This document shows positions 1 through 11,862 of a stretch of DNA of 64,000 bases, piece after piece (position 1 is the stretch's first letter; each line of letters opens with the position of its first letter). The stretch is from Botryllus schlosseri (taxonomy: Eukaryota): the NCBI GenBank assembly GCA_051294905.1, contig CM119380.1:11036001-11100000 (forward strand), given 5' to 3'. A model generated the notes under the pieces. The model had not been told where the DNA came from, ran no database searches, and worked only from the letters and a program-made list of their open reading frames with translations. The position numbers were made by a program, and so were the translations under genes.

Positions 1-454
1 ATTCATGTCATTGCCAAAGTCAAATTAAATCAGCGTTAGATTTGCCTACGAATATTGGAACAAATCAATAACAACTCAATTATATACAATAATTATTGTA
101 CCATAGTAATGGCAAAGTGTCAAAACTTTTTTAGCGCTCGTACCGCTTGTGTTTCCATTTTCAACACTATTTTTGATGGTAATAAAATCAAAATACCTAT
201 CCTCATAAAATCGCGCGAAGCGCGAAGAATATTTTTCAGTTGAATAAATTCTTCACTGCAGTTTGGTCGTTTGTTACGTCCATGGTCGTACCAAGTCATG
301 GCATTCAGAGGCACAATCCTTCACTGATGGTAACGTTTTAGGCGACTCACCTCATTTAGGCGACTCACCTCATTTGTATTTTATCACCCAGTCAGTCCGA
401 ACCCGAGCAATTTTACAAACGGTTGCGCCCTTAAGTTCAAATCACAATTTTCAG

Positions 455-1201
455 TCACGCGAATCATCAACGGAATTTAGTGTTTTATCCTCATGAACAA
501 TAAATGTGACATATTAGCTGATATTCCACCCATGGTAGCTTTTGAATGTCACGCGATAGTGAAGTTTGATGTGTATGTGTTCGCATATTTTTGGAGTCAT
601 TTCGGAGTGAACTCTAACTTCTCAAATCTAAAAAAAGATATGTGGCAGTTGAATATATTGTCGAATACTTGGAAAGCCAAAATGCCTTCGCGGGCTGCAC
701 AAAATGTTCTCGCGGGCCGCGTCTTTGAGACCTCTGACCTAGACATTGGGCATCTACAATGGAAAATTTTATGTGATATCTGGTCATGGTTTCGACACGA
801 CTTGAAGTAAGCATATCGCAAATCAAAGAAGCAACTCGCATGTGCATTGTCATATCCAGCGCCAGTGCAAGTAGGCTATGCGGGTATATTTCAATGGTGT
901 ACAGCCGGTTCAACTTTTCACCACGACAGCGGTCGTTCCATCAGGAGGCGTCCTTATTCTTGGTCAAAATCAGGATAACGAAATTGTCGGCTCATCCCTG
1001 GACATCCCAATCACGTTACAGATAGTTTTTGCGGGAAAATGTGGAGATTTTTTTATTTAGAATAGAGATTTTAGCGAGAACGACATAGTCGACATGTACC
1101 GTTATGGATGTAGTTGTAAAAATGGTGCTGTTGTGAGCTTCGATTCGTCTAATTCAAAAATAAAGGAAAACGTCGAGAAAAAACTGTGCGGCGCAGCTTA
1201 A
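455..1201 (+). pseudogene. Disrupted pentraxin (PTX/LamG-like) domain exon
   Basis: Frame 878-1201 reads MRVYFNG...VPSGGVLILGQNQD...FAGKCGDFFI*NRDFSENDIVDMY...GAA*, matching the pentraxin GGxLILGQEQD and FxGxIxxxxIWxRxLS motifs. TAG at 1058-1060 sits where a Trp is expected. MCIVISS (about 838-860) is in another frame (frameshift). A MITE end (tttgagacctctg, 724-736) interrupts the 5' part. The 5' boundary (acceptor at 453-454) is tentative. Confidence 0.7.
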
Positions 1202-1670
1202 TTGTTTTTCTAATTGCGCCAAGTGAAACATTCAAATTTTATTTCTTTCAATGATATTACTATTATTGAACGTATATAATTAAAATCAGTAAATGGTATC
1301 TTTGAGTGTTGATCGTGGTCTTTTCCATCTTCTCCAAGAGCAGTCATTGATAAAAATTGTAAAATGCACGGTGATAGTTGACGATAGCACTCCAACAAAC
1401 ATTGGAGTTTACTTCTGTATTGAACGTTTTGAGGCCTACCTATGAGACACAATCAAAAATTGAATTCGACGTTCAACTTGGTACCATTATATAGCTGCGA
1501 AGCAACATGTGAAATGCCTCTGACATTCCTTTACAGGCAGTAAATTCAAATTGGCATGTTATTTATGGTATCGCCAATACGTTACACGGGTCATATCAAA
1601 GTACAATGCGGCCGACCTCCGGCTGTAAAGTATGTGATGCAGGGGCAATGATCGGAAGAGGTCTCTATAC

Positions 1671-3223
1671 CAGCGGTTTTCAACCTTTTTGGACATGCGC
1701 CCCCTGGCGATGGTCAAAAAAAATGCACCCCGACCCCCGACCCCCCTGCAAGTATCGTCATGTCAAAAAGAGCACATCATCTAATACAGAGGTAGGCAAC
1801 CCTTTTGCTAATCACGGCCGCATTTTGGTTACTTATGTAGCCCAAGGCCGCATTCCAGGGCATAGCTGTAATGAACTAACCGGACGCGAAATACCCAGGT
1901 TAATATGTCCATGTCCATTCCCGGTGAACTCCGGACTATTCTACTTTTCATTCTATTGTACGCACCGAAATCGCGAGTGGCAATGTTATGAATAGTTGGT
2001 GGGATTGCATATTGTCGCGCCCGGCGCGAAAATTTTTCAGATTCTCGACTGAAGTCCGTAATTAATAGTAGCAGTACCACATATTACTATCAAATATTTA
2101 TCCTATCTAAGCCCATGTAATCAGATTCACCGTTAGGGCTCATGGAGGGAGTGCTTCCGAAAATTCAGGGCAAGTTATAAATGATAATGCATCTTCGGGT
2201 GGGCCAATTGTTACTAGTCACTTTGTTGCATGCTGTTATTTCTTGACCCCTATAGGGATTGTCGATTGTATCGGTGGTGAAAATAGTGGAAATATATTGA
2301 AATCGCCCAAATGTACAATAAACAAATTTCTTTCGCGAGGAGCACACGATTCCGATTCCGGCTCAGATTGAGAAGGACGCTACTATATTAAAATTGAAAA
2401 AATGAAGTAATGTCAAATTGCGCTGAGCGCGAAAAAAATTTCAAGATTATTTCAAATCTCTCCAAAATTCGGGAGGGAATTCATAATTTCAATTTGCATG
2501 TCGACGGCCGCCAATACATAGCCTACTAATTGAATTAGGTGTCGATGGCCGCACAAATTCCCTTCTACGGCCGCAGGTTGCCCATACCTGATCTAATAGT
2601 ATACATATGGTATATCTACCGCCAAGTTTGAATCCGCATTCCAGTTATAGAGTCTTTAACATTTCTGACGAATTTCCCCAAAGTTGTTTGAAAATAGCAA
2701 AAAACATTGAACAGGACATCAATTTAGTTCAAGGTAGGTTGCACTGAGGCTAAACCTAATGCTAGTAATGACTACAGACAGCACGGCATCGTTCAGTACT
2801 GCCATGCTTAATTTGATCAGATATGGAATTAAATTGTGTTGATTTAGATAGCCTAATCGAGGGCGAAACCGGGCAACCTATATTGCATCTAAGTCTGTCT
2901 GAAGCAGTGCAGTTCGCCAGCTATTAACAACAGCTATCGATCGAACCGATCTTTAGGCTACTGCTAAAGATATGAAGTAATTAAATCTTCAAAGAACAAA
3001 ACAAATTTGCTCGAAGGAAGTTGAAATCAGCCTACACTCCGTTGAGCGCGATTGCTGGAGTTTCAATTTGCCGAGCTTTCTCGAATACGAAATACATTTC
3101 ATCTTCAACAATCGTCTTCTCAGAATGGTTGTGAAACATATGTTTAGTCAGAATTCATACAGACTTTGTCAATTTTTCGCGCCACCCTGAGAGCCTCCTG
3201 CGCCCCCAGGTTGAGAACCACTG
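1671..3223. mobile_element. Composite non-autonomous hAT element (outer element carrying a nested inner element)
   Basis: Outer TIRs CAGCGGTTTTCAACC / GGTTGAGAACCACTG. Collinear second copy at 62739-64000. No outer TSD was readable. Confidence 0.8.
1787..2590. mobile_element. Nested non-autonomous hAT element
   Basis: TIRs CAGAGGTAGGCAACC / GGTTGCCCATACCTG with a perfect 8-bp TSD ATCTAATA (1779-1786 and 2591-2598). Confidence 0.9.
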
Positions 3224-4028
3224 ATCTTATTGATTATGTCGGAGAGATGCGATCACATCCTCAAACGTAAAATTTTGTCGTAAATGACTATTTGAGTTTC
3301 ATAACATTTTTAAATAATACTCTACACCAGTGCTTTTCAACCTTTTTGAGCTCGATTCGCACTTTTTTAGTAAAATGAATTTCATTCGCACAAACTATTC
3401 GAAAATGGTTACACAAAGAGAAGATGAAAACACCTAACAACATTTTGTTCAGATGTGCAACGAATTGGCTACTATGTAGCTTCAGCTATTAAGTGACTCA
3501 TTAAAAATGAAATTTTAGCTCGTTTTGATATCAACTATTTCACTAAACCCTTCTCGGCCAAACAAGTTGTTGGGTCTTGTACAAGAACGTCTACTAGTGC
3601 TCGGATCGCCAGGGTATAAAATCTGTTCTGCACTCCTATCCCAAATACAGCGTATTTTTCGCGAGTGAAAAGTGCTTGCTGGCAGAAATCGTTTTAGGAG
3701 CTGACAAAATGGTGCCGGAGGCTCCAGTTTGTCGAAATGGTGTGTTGAGGCTTTTGCCTTATGTCTTGGAAAATAAGGTACAAAGTGATCAAAGAGAGTA
3801 GGCACATTAAAGCTCGCTACCTTATGATACGTTGCTCCAACTTCTGTCTCGTGAGTATATGAGAAGATCAAATAAACCTACGATACTATGTGTTCTGCTC
3901 TTTACCTCAATCTAACTTGAGAATGCATGATAGTTTATTACCGGTAAAGCAGCATTTTAGACTACCACCACAAATTTCCTAGTCTGTACCTAGGTATTTT
4001 TATTATCTATGATTCACTGCATTTGCAG

Positions 4029-4151
4029 ACGTTGATGAATGTTCGACTGGATTGCATAACTGCCATGCAAACGCCGATTGCAGTAACAACAAAGGGTCAT
4101 ACAACTGTGTTTGTCAAACTGGTTACACGGGAAATGGAGAAATATGCTCAG
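4029..4151 (+). CDS. Calcium-binding EGF exon (phase 1-1)
   Basis: ttgcag|...TCAG|gtatgc, 123 nt, encoding [41 protein letters not shown] with the cbEGF consensus and 6 Cys. Confidence 0.92.
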
Positions 4152-6375
4152 GTATGCTGCGTTTTCAATTCCTACCGAAAGAAACCATGCAGGGTAATCG
4201 GTGGTTGCTGAGTCTGGTAGATAGAACTTGGGGATTCGGAATGTTATTGATTGTATTATTCTGAGTCTGGAGAGAGTCCATCAATGGTACAAACATACGA
4301 CATAGCAATATCATTTCATAGGCTAGTTAAATCGCACTCAGGCGAGAATAGCATGGAGCATGGTCCATGTAATACAGTGGTCGGGAACCTATGGCTCGCG
4401 AGCCATATATGGCTCTTTTGGATAAAAGATATGGCTATTTGACAAATTTTTAATTTTGTACCTAATTTATCAATATTGCAGCAACTTGTTGGTAAATTTT
4501 CATGACGGCCCGAATGATTGTTCTCGTGACAGCATAAACATGTCTTTGAGAGGTCAAGACAGTGGAGTAAACCAGGGCGTTAGGGGTCCGTACCCCCCGT
4601 TTTCAAAATCCTCAAATTTAAGTTGCTGTCGTGCCGGCGACTAACACAATTGACGAATTAGATCCACCCGCCATCGTGCGCCTCGAAATCTGGGATTGCA
4701 CGATGTTATGATTGATACCTTGACATGGTGACGCTTGTAGGACAATTCGTTTTTTTCCAAATACGCATTGCATTCCTGATCTACGCCGATAAATAAACTT
4801 CCTAGGAAGTGACATTACCAATTACAAATTCAAATTAAAAACAACGCCTTACCTGTCCAAGCTCTTGATTGTTATCGTAAGTAGCTTTCGAGAGCCGCCA
4901 TAAAATGTAGGTGTGAAGCAATATTTAGATATTCAGAATCAGCGCGACAATTTAATTTGAATAACATCAGTGATGATAAATTCTAAAATTTGTTTACGAT
5001 GAGTTGCGTTATCACAGGTGAGGGTCGGCCCGTCTGTGTTTCATCTCTCCTTTCGAGCTTTATTTTCGAACAATAAATATGAAATTTCTATTATTTTGAG
5101 AATAGAACTGTTTAAAATCTAATCATTCATAAATATCGATAAAAATAGCAATAATCATTGAAGGTTTCACAATTTTTCCTCACTCATCCCTGACGACATG
5201 TGAGGCACTGCATCAATTGCCTCTCCACACCCTGCAGTGGGTATGTAGGCTACTGCAGTAGCGACCATGTTTGACTCCACCGACGCGTGTGGGCAGAAAA
5301 ATACGGCGCACACTACAAATCCCATATATTGGTGCTACCAATACGTCTCGAATTTTCAATTGTGACGTTACAATTGATTGACATGTATGGCTCTTTCGGA
5401 GTTACAATTGAAAATATTGGGTCAACATGGCTCTTCGGTCGAAAAAGGTTCCCGACCCTTGGACTATGGCAATGTGCAAGTATGGTATGGTATGGTATTG
5501 TGTGTAAATTTTCCAAATTTTGTATGGAAATTGGTCGCCTTGTATCTGAAGACAAAAAAAATATGCAACCCGCATCCGGAGGAAAATAACAATATTGATA
5601 ATTATTTCAATATCAATTCTTGAAAAGGAACAATATTCGACCGCTGTCGCGTTACAGCATGAGAACAATGGAGGCTCAGTAAAACGCACTATCATTGAAT
5701 GATTGGTCGCTCTCACAGGTTACACCAGCATTTCGCGAACAATCCGACCATATGCAAGATACAGTGATTTTTATCGACACCGATTACTGGATGACTTGAA
5801 ATTGACTCGTGAATTTTGCTTCGAGTCACGAGTCAACCCACATTTCTGATACGCCGAATCAAGTCAAGTCAAGTCATATTAGCCAAGTGACTCGAGTCAA
5901 GTCAAGTCATACGAAAAAGGTGACTCGAGTCATCCCAACACTGGTACATACTGACTTATTAAACTCTGCTACATGTATCAACTGGGGCAATGAAATGATA
6001 TATTAATCCCATAAAATCAATATCTTCCGTCGCTTTGTCAACAATTTCGAAGAGGACTTGCATGCAAGGAATTATAAGCTCACGCTTTTACGGTCTAGGC
6101 CAGAACGGACAAAATATGCGGCGTCTGAGTATTGCTACGTTGATATTGAGCAGAGTGTAAGAGTAGAGCAGAGTCGAAATACAAGCAATTTCTACTGATT
6201 TCTACTAATTCTACTATTTCTACTAATTTCTACTAAAAAGGTTACCGGACCACTACCTGACCTATCGATCTCGCCTTCCATGACATGCCACCCCATTCTT
6301 GTCGCTTGCTTTTTCTATACTATCTTCGTTTACTTTTCATTCAGTGTGCATGTCTCCTCTTTACATCGCCTAGGT

Positions 6376-7296
6376 CAGGGGTCGGCAACCTTTTGCTAGT
6401 CACTGTCCAAATGTCGAGTGTACAACTCGTTGGCGAACCGGACTTTTCATACTATAATTCACACTCACGGCAGTATATTACGCTACATTTCTACAATCTC
6501 AATCATACCAACCACAAAAAGAGCAAATGTATTCACACTTAAACAACACAGCATCAATGTGACCAGAGTGTCCTATGTGGTGTCGACACAAACAAATCTC
6601 ACTGCTCCGTGAAATTGGTCTACGTTACACTTTCCCTTTGGCTAAGGGCAGTTTGACGGTAATTTTTGACCGAATTGCCGAGTGCCAAATTTGATATTAC
6701 GGATATCAATCGAAAGCTACCGCGGTACTGATTGCGAAATTATAAATTTTATTCTGCTCGTGGTCCTGGAAGCCCCGAAAATCAGGGTCGAATGTTTGAT
6801 TTTAACGGAGTTTGGTATTGTGACGCAACCGTGTCTATTTCAATTAAGTGGACTAATTTACAGCTAATCCGTGTCATATCTTTTCTTTTCGCTCACTGGC
6901 GATTTCCTCATCCAAACTCCACCATAGACCCTTGTCAAGATCGAAACAAGTGGAAAAGACATCCCTGTGTCTTCAGGCATACCTGGAACACGATTTTTAG
7001 TCATGTCGGCGTGACGAGATCGTTCACCGTAAATACTATTATTTCAAAAACGACTGAAATTTCAATTTGAGGGACCTCGGCACCTACCGGCTGGAATTGA
7101 GTCGACTTTGGTGTGCAACGTTTTTTTAGGTAACCCGACGATTTGACAAATAAGCCGATGAAATTTGAACAAAAGAAATTTTTTAACACCCCTAGACGGC
7201 CCGTATTCTCGTGATAATTAATCACGATGCAGCGGGTCGGACGATTTCGCATGGCGGGCCGGATCTGGCCCGCCGGCAGTAGGTTGCCGACCTATG
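6376..7296. mobile_element. Non-autonomous hAT element
   Basis: TIRs CAGGGGTCGGCAACC / GGTTGCCGACCTATG; TSD GCCTAGGT / GCCTAGGC. Confidence 0.85.
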
Positions 7297-7304
7297 GCCT
7301 AGGC

Positions 7305-9615
7305 CAGTGGTTCTTAACCTTGCCTCCAGCGCCCCCCAAGGAGCGCTGGCGAATTTGAAGGGGGTGGAAACGCTCATGGGGCGATATGGGGGGCGCTGGG
7401 CTCAGGGGCCGATATGGGGGGCGCTGAAGAAAAATGGCTTAGCAGTAGATGATGTAGTAGTAGGATATATCCTTAATGAGTATTCTGAGCAAATTAACAT
7501 TCCACAAAACATGTCAAATCCCGAAATTTTTGGTCGACGATGTTTGCTACATATGTTTTCATAAATGTAGTGGGTTATTATAATCCATGTAAAATGAATT
7601 GCGCGTATTTTAAAATTGCCAATTTTCCGTTAAAACACTGCCGTCACGCTTGCTAGGGTTATTTTCAGCAAAATATTTCGAACTAGGTTTTATATCCTGC
7701 AGCGCACAGCGTGTGGAAATCGAAGAAGAAGGCACCGTATATCACTTTTGACAGTGAGAGCCCCTTGTACATAAAATATGTTTTGAAGCTTTGTTCACGA
7801 AATGAATAACTAAATGTAATTGTATTTGAGAGCTACACAGTTAAATCATCAGGATATTTATTTATCGTATTATAAAAGATGATACTATCTAGTGTTGTGG
7901 TCCACAACCTCACATGAACGTCATATAACATGAGTTGCTTTGTTTGGAATACATTCGTGTTAAAATTATTCAACTGGATACAGTACTAAATTCTATGTAA
8001 GCAGATGTATGCATCACATTCTCAGTTGACTAACTTAGTCACACAAAGCACTAAAACAAAATCCAATACCATTAATTTCCCCGTATTGTCAATCGAAAAT
8101 GTGAATTCGGTATGGTTTGAACCACAGGGTATGACACCGTACCCGATTGTTGTTATGCAACCATGATGTGACCCAGAATACACCACTCACCGCATACTAT
8201 ACTATGGGCATGGGTCCCAATGAATTGCAATTCGCAGGCATACACAATAACACACGGTCCAATTTCGAACTCCAATTAGAAAGACTAAAACGAAAATCAC
8301 TCATGAATTATTTTGAACACGGGATTGCGACGCTCATATATGTACAAATACAGTATAATTTAGAGAAGAGGAACGTGAGCTTGATCGTCTGATGGAGAGA
8401 GGATATGGTGTTTCTCAGAACACTCGAGCTAAAATCGACGTTTCTACCGAGATATCGTCACTTCGTCTGACTACAAATTACTGAGTACAAATTAGTTATG
8501 TACATTGTACATTTAAGATGGTCGTCAGTTTGGCCAGAAGAGCATCAATGCCTTCTGCGAAAGGCATAGTGATAATTTACCACATACCAATATTATATGG
8601 TTAATTATAGTTGAGTGGTCCTCGAGCGCGATTAAAGCACGAAATATTTCCAATACCGAAGTCCCGAAAAGACCGACTTGACCTTGACCTCTTACCAGGA
8701 CCGAAACTGCTGCAACCCAAACCACCAATCGGGATCGGAGCTCGAAGGGTGCCCTAAATTATTTCGGTGAAAGAACATAAATTACACATCATGTTTTGAC
8801 GATTCCCCCACGAAAAAATACGCATGATTATAGAAAATAGAAATAGGCATTTCGGCGTCGGCCATTACCACGCCACGATGCACGAAGACATATGAAGTTC
8901 CAGCCAATACGGGATTCCGAAAAGTGTGCCAAAAAGATCGTCAGCGAGAAAACCTTAGCCGAAGAGGATTACCCTTATGTTGACCGTAGACTTCGATGTA
9001 GATAAGTCTAATTGTCCATAAGTGCTTAAATCGCTCGTGCCGAGTTATCTTGTTGTCGCAATTTGCACCCCACAGGACAAATAACATCCATCAGAGAAAA
9101 TTATTCGCCAGTGAAAAAATACCAATTTTAAATCGTGTGCTTATTTTATTTTAATACGTTTGTGCGTTTCAATATCTTAATAACATGTAACGAAGTAATT
9201 GCACCAACGGCACGCCCGAATATGTTTAATTAGTAATTAGGTGGCCTTCATTTTCCAAGACAACAGCTCACTCAGCGCTACTGGTAAATCTGATGACGTG
9301 GGCTGAGAGGATAAAAAGTTTATAGCGACATATATATGCAATTACCTACTATTCATTCATGCATTATACAAAACTTTGCTGGCCATCGAAATCACGCGAC
9401 GTAGTTCTTGGCGCGCAGCCCCCAAAAGTTTGGTTTATCACGCGATGGTTGCGCAAGACAATCGATTTTTCAAGGGGGTTGACGAAGTGCTGTTACGGCC
9501 CTCCCTCTTACCCATTGTCTTTCTTACAGTCTTTACAATTGGGGGGGGGGGGGGGCGCTAGAGCACGATAATTTTTGAAAGGGGGCGCTGAAGGAAAAAA
9601 AGTTAAGAACCACTG
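7305..9615. mobile_element. Non-autonomous hAT element, 2.3 kb
   Basis: TIRs CAGTGGTTCTTAACC / AGTTAAGAACCACTG with GGGGGCGCT subterminal repeats; TSD GCCTAGGC / GGCTAGGC. Confidence 0.85.
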
Positions 9616-9764
9616 GGCTAGGCCAAGGTAGGTGTCTGTTTCCATAGACTACTCCAAGTCGCTTCGACACCTTCCTATCTTTTCATTGTATCGCATTTTT
9701 TGTGGTGTATTGAACTGATAAAAATTGCTAATAAATCAATGAGGATGATGATGATGATGATGTA

Positions 9765-10334
9765 AAACGGGTTTCTATACTTACTATCACCATTAACCCA
9801 CTATCAAGTTATACAGCAGTATACTCAACACCCCAAACGCAGGGATTTGGTTTTTATGATACAATAAACATATCAAATCAAGATGGAGCAAGTGCGCAAG
9901 CTAGATCTTATCTATCAATTTTATTGATTGGTTGAGCTAGTATTATTCCCTGACTGTATACTTGCACGTAGCGTATTTTTCTCTTGATGTTATTTTGATT
10001 GCGGGTCAAGCTCACAGCAGAGAGTAACTAAATGTTCACAAACGGAAAGCTGGATATTTTGAGCAAACTTTTGTAACAAAGCAAGTAAAATTTTGTGATT
10101 GTCAAATTTCATGATCGTTTAGTGTTTTTAAGCTGCCAGCGCCACGCATGGAGTGGGCCGCAGTTGAAATGCAACAAATTTTAACCAAAGACGTTATAAT
10201 GACGTGAAAAATTGCAATATAGGAAAAAGGTTCACAGTGCAGAACCTACCAAGGTTCGTTTGTAAATGTTAACCTCTAAATTCCTGCGGTTCACGCACAG
10301 AACGCGAATGTGAACATCACTTTCACACCATCCC
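9765..10334. repeat. Partial (right-half) copy of the 17804-18782 hAT family; a further internal fragment lies at about 5985-6180
   Basis: Collinear with about 18197-18782, ending in TTCACACCATCCCTA. Confidence 0.75.
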
Positions 10335-11014
10335 TACGAATCACCAACGAAAACCCAGCTGTTGCCGACAAGGATCATCTTCTTCCTAATTGCTGTATAT
10401 CATTCACTATAATATATACAAACGTCGGTATCATTCCACAGTATATCGTAAATCCAGATTTCAGTACTCGACTTTTTGGCCTCAACCCTAAGATTTTCAT
10501 TCGCATTACATAGATCCCTAGGACGGTAGACGGCGGCCTTCCAAAGGGTTCATGGACCTCGGAATTTAGGAATATACCGTTACATGCATGTTTTGTCGCT
10601 TCATGCCGACTAACTTCAATACTTTTTCATCTATAACATTTATAAAAATCTATATTTTGAAAAAGTCATATTTTTGGCAGTTTTCGCATTTGGTTCCAGA
10701 AATGCCAAAAATAACACGGCGTTTTTATCACCCTATGCGGGGCCCAAGACTAGTGTTTTTTGGGGCCTGTCGAGGTGCTGTTTCTGCCATACCACGGTGT
10801 TTAGTGCGTGGTTTGTCGCATTATTGTCAAAAACGCATGTAGGCGAAATTTTCACCTTTCCGTAATAATATTTTGCATTCGTAGAAATGACCAACTTCAT
10901 AAATCGTGATGACAATATTGGCTTTACAAAAATGATAATTGAAACATAATCGTTAAAACCTATAAAACGCATTTGTTGGAAACACATGATCAACACCTGT
11001 GTTATTTTTAATAG

Positions 11015-11862
11015 GGATATGCTACGTAGGAATTTCCACCGACTTGGTCAAAGTTGCACAGTTAAATGCTTCTTCCGTACATTACTCCTGTCCTTTTCAA
11101 CAAGCAAATCTCAATTCGGGAGGAGCCTGGTGTGCAGCAACGAGTAATCTCGATTGTAGGTGGAGTGGTTGAAAATTGGTACTACTCAACTTTTCGGGTT
11201 TAGATGACCAAGATCAATGGATACAGGTCGATTACCGGATTGCCAGAACAGTCACCGCCATTTTAACCCAAGGAAGGGTACAATATTCACAATGGGTCAC
11301 GAGTTATCGGTTATCATATGGAAATAGTACTTCCAACTTGCAAGATTACGAAGAATTCGGCAGGCGTAAAGTGAGTATCGATGTCAATAGAAATTGGCCC
11401 CTCACATGATCAATGCACTATACGACATGTAAACTGTCATATCTCTCAGATTATCAGTAACATCAGCTACAGGTCTTACTTTGAGAAGTGTAAATGGACA
11501 GCTGAATGTTATCGTTTTTAGCGAGATATAATTTGAACTTTCACAACCTAGCTCTCGATAGCCCCGCAATATTAATTATATTAAATTGCAATGGTAGTTC
11601 CTGACGATTATCCTTGACGAATGTCAGCGGAAAACATTCGGCCTTATTTCAAAACGAATATATTTTTCAATTGTTCAATGAAGTTCAGCCGATAGTGTCT
11701 TATTGTAATTCGTACTGAATTCAGATATTGGTTGGAAACTCTGGAACAAGCACCATCGTTGAGAACGAACTCTCTCCACCAATATACGCCAGATATGTCC
11801 GAATCCACCCCGTGTCGTTTCGCAGACACATGAGCATGAGGATTGGAATGAGAGGTTGTTGA
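11015..11862 (+). CDS. F5/8 type C (discoidin) domain, last three coding exons of a cbEGF-F5/8C protein
   Basis: Exons: 11015-11143 or 11155 (ICYVGIS...QLNASS...ANLNSGGAWCAA), 11204-11370 (DQDQWIQVDYRIARTVTAILTQGR...QWVTSYRLSY) and 11725-11862 (GNSGTSTIVENELSPPIYARYVRIHPVSFRRHMSMRIGMRGC*). GT-AG boundaries and phases are compatible, including a phase-1 link to the EGF exon at 4029-4151. Confidence 0.9.

Larger units (their letters stand above)
6243..9762 (+). mobile_element. L2-like LINE 3' UTR fragment split by two hAT insertions
   Basis: 6243-6375 and 9616-9762 match the two halves of the 3' UTR of the LINE at 43997-47170 (about 80% by eye). It ends with AATAAA and a (GAT)n tail at 9744-9762. 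Confidence 0.8.

Noticed and set aside
337-375. 18-bp tandem duplication TTTAGGCGACTCACCTCA x2
   Set aside because: Only two units with no spacer; an ordinary slippage duplication. Similar cases at about 38109-38135 and 40788-40840.
1058-1060. In-frame TAG in the pentraxin domain as programmed readthrough
   Set aside because: The same exon also has a frameshift and a MITE insertion, so pseudogenisation is the simpler explanation.
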